From a virus, in IMG/VR virus record IMGVR_UViG_3300037584_002838, positions 29,781 to 93,780 of that record: 64,000 bases of DNA; one strand, written 5' to 3'. The notes under the pieces were generated by a model. The model saw only the letters and a program-made list of their open reading frames with translations, was not told the DNA's origin and made no database searches. Shown piece by piece: positions 63,985 through 64,000 of this stretch; position 1 is the first letter of the stretch, and the number at the start of each line of letters is the position of its first letter. A program made the translations under genes and the position numbers.

Positions 63985-64000
63985 GTGATAATATGACTTG

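Overview
64-kb segment of an archaeal tailed dsDNA virus (HK97-type head), most consistent with a 'magrovirus' infecting Marine Group II Euryarchaeota/Poseidoniales. This is inferred from archaeal RFC and TFB, GGTGA ribosome-binding sites, TATA promoters, a chaperonin and overall gene content. It has three zones. (1) 1-24.6 kb, minus strand: replication and host-takeover genes. These include RFC small and large-like subunits, ATP-dependent ligase, a histone-fold protein, PC4-like SSB, GroEL/GroES, a ubiquitin-like triad (JAB protease, ThiF/E1, Gly-Gly Ubl), DenV-like glycosylase, TFB, class II RNR, MazG and UvrD, plus structured non-coding RNAs and an origin-like AT-rich stretch. (2) 24.6-29.4 kb: an array of single-unit cassettes in mixed orientation. 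They are separated by nine CCATATGG-centred sites, most with twin hairpins whose stems vary compensatorily while the loops (CAAAG/CTTTG) are conserved. The cassettes carry a paralogous gene family and a ~450-nt structured RNA. (3) 29.5-64 kb, plus strand: morphogenesis genes (TerS candidate, TerL, portal, a second ligase, prohead protease/scaffold, MCP, a small GTPase with membrane proteins, head-tail adaptor). About 18 unrelated small genes here begin with an M-(T/S)-W-x-D-I-L-K-like peptide that also ends the scaffold protein, suggesting a capsid cargo-loading tag. All calls were made by eye from motifs; no searches were run.
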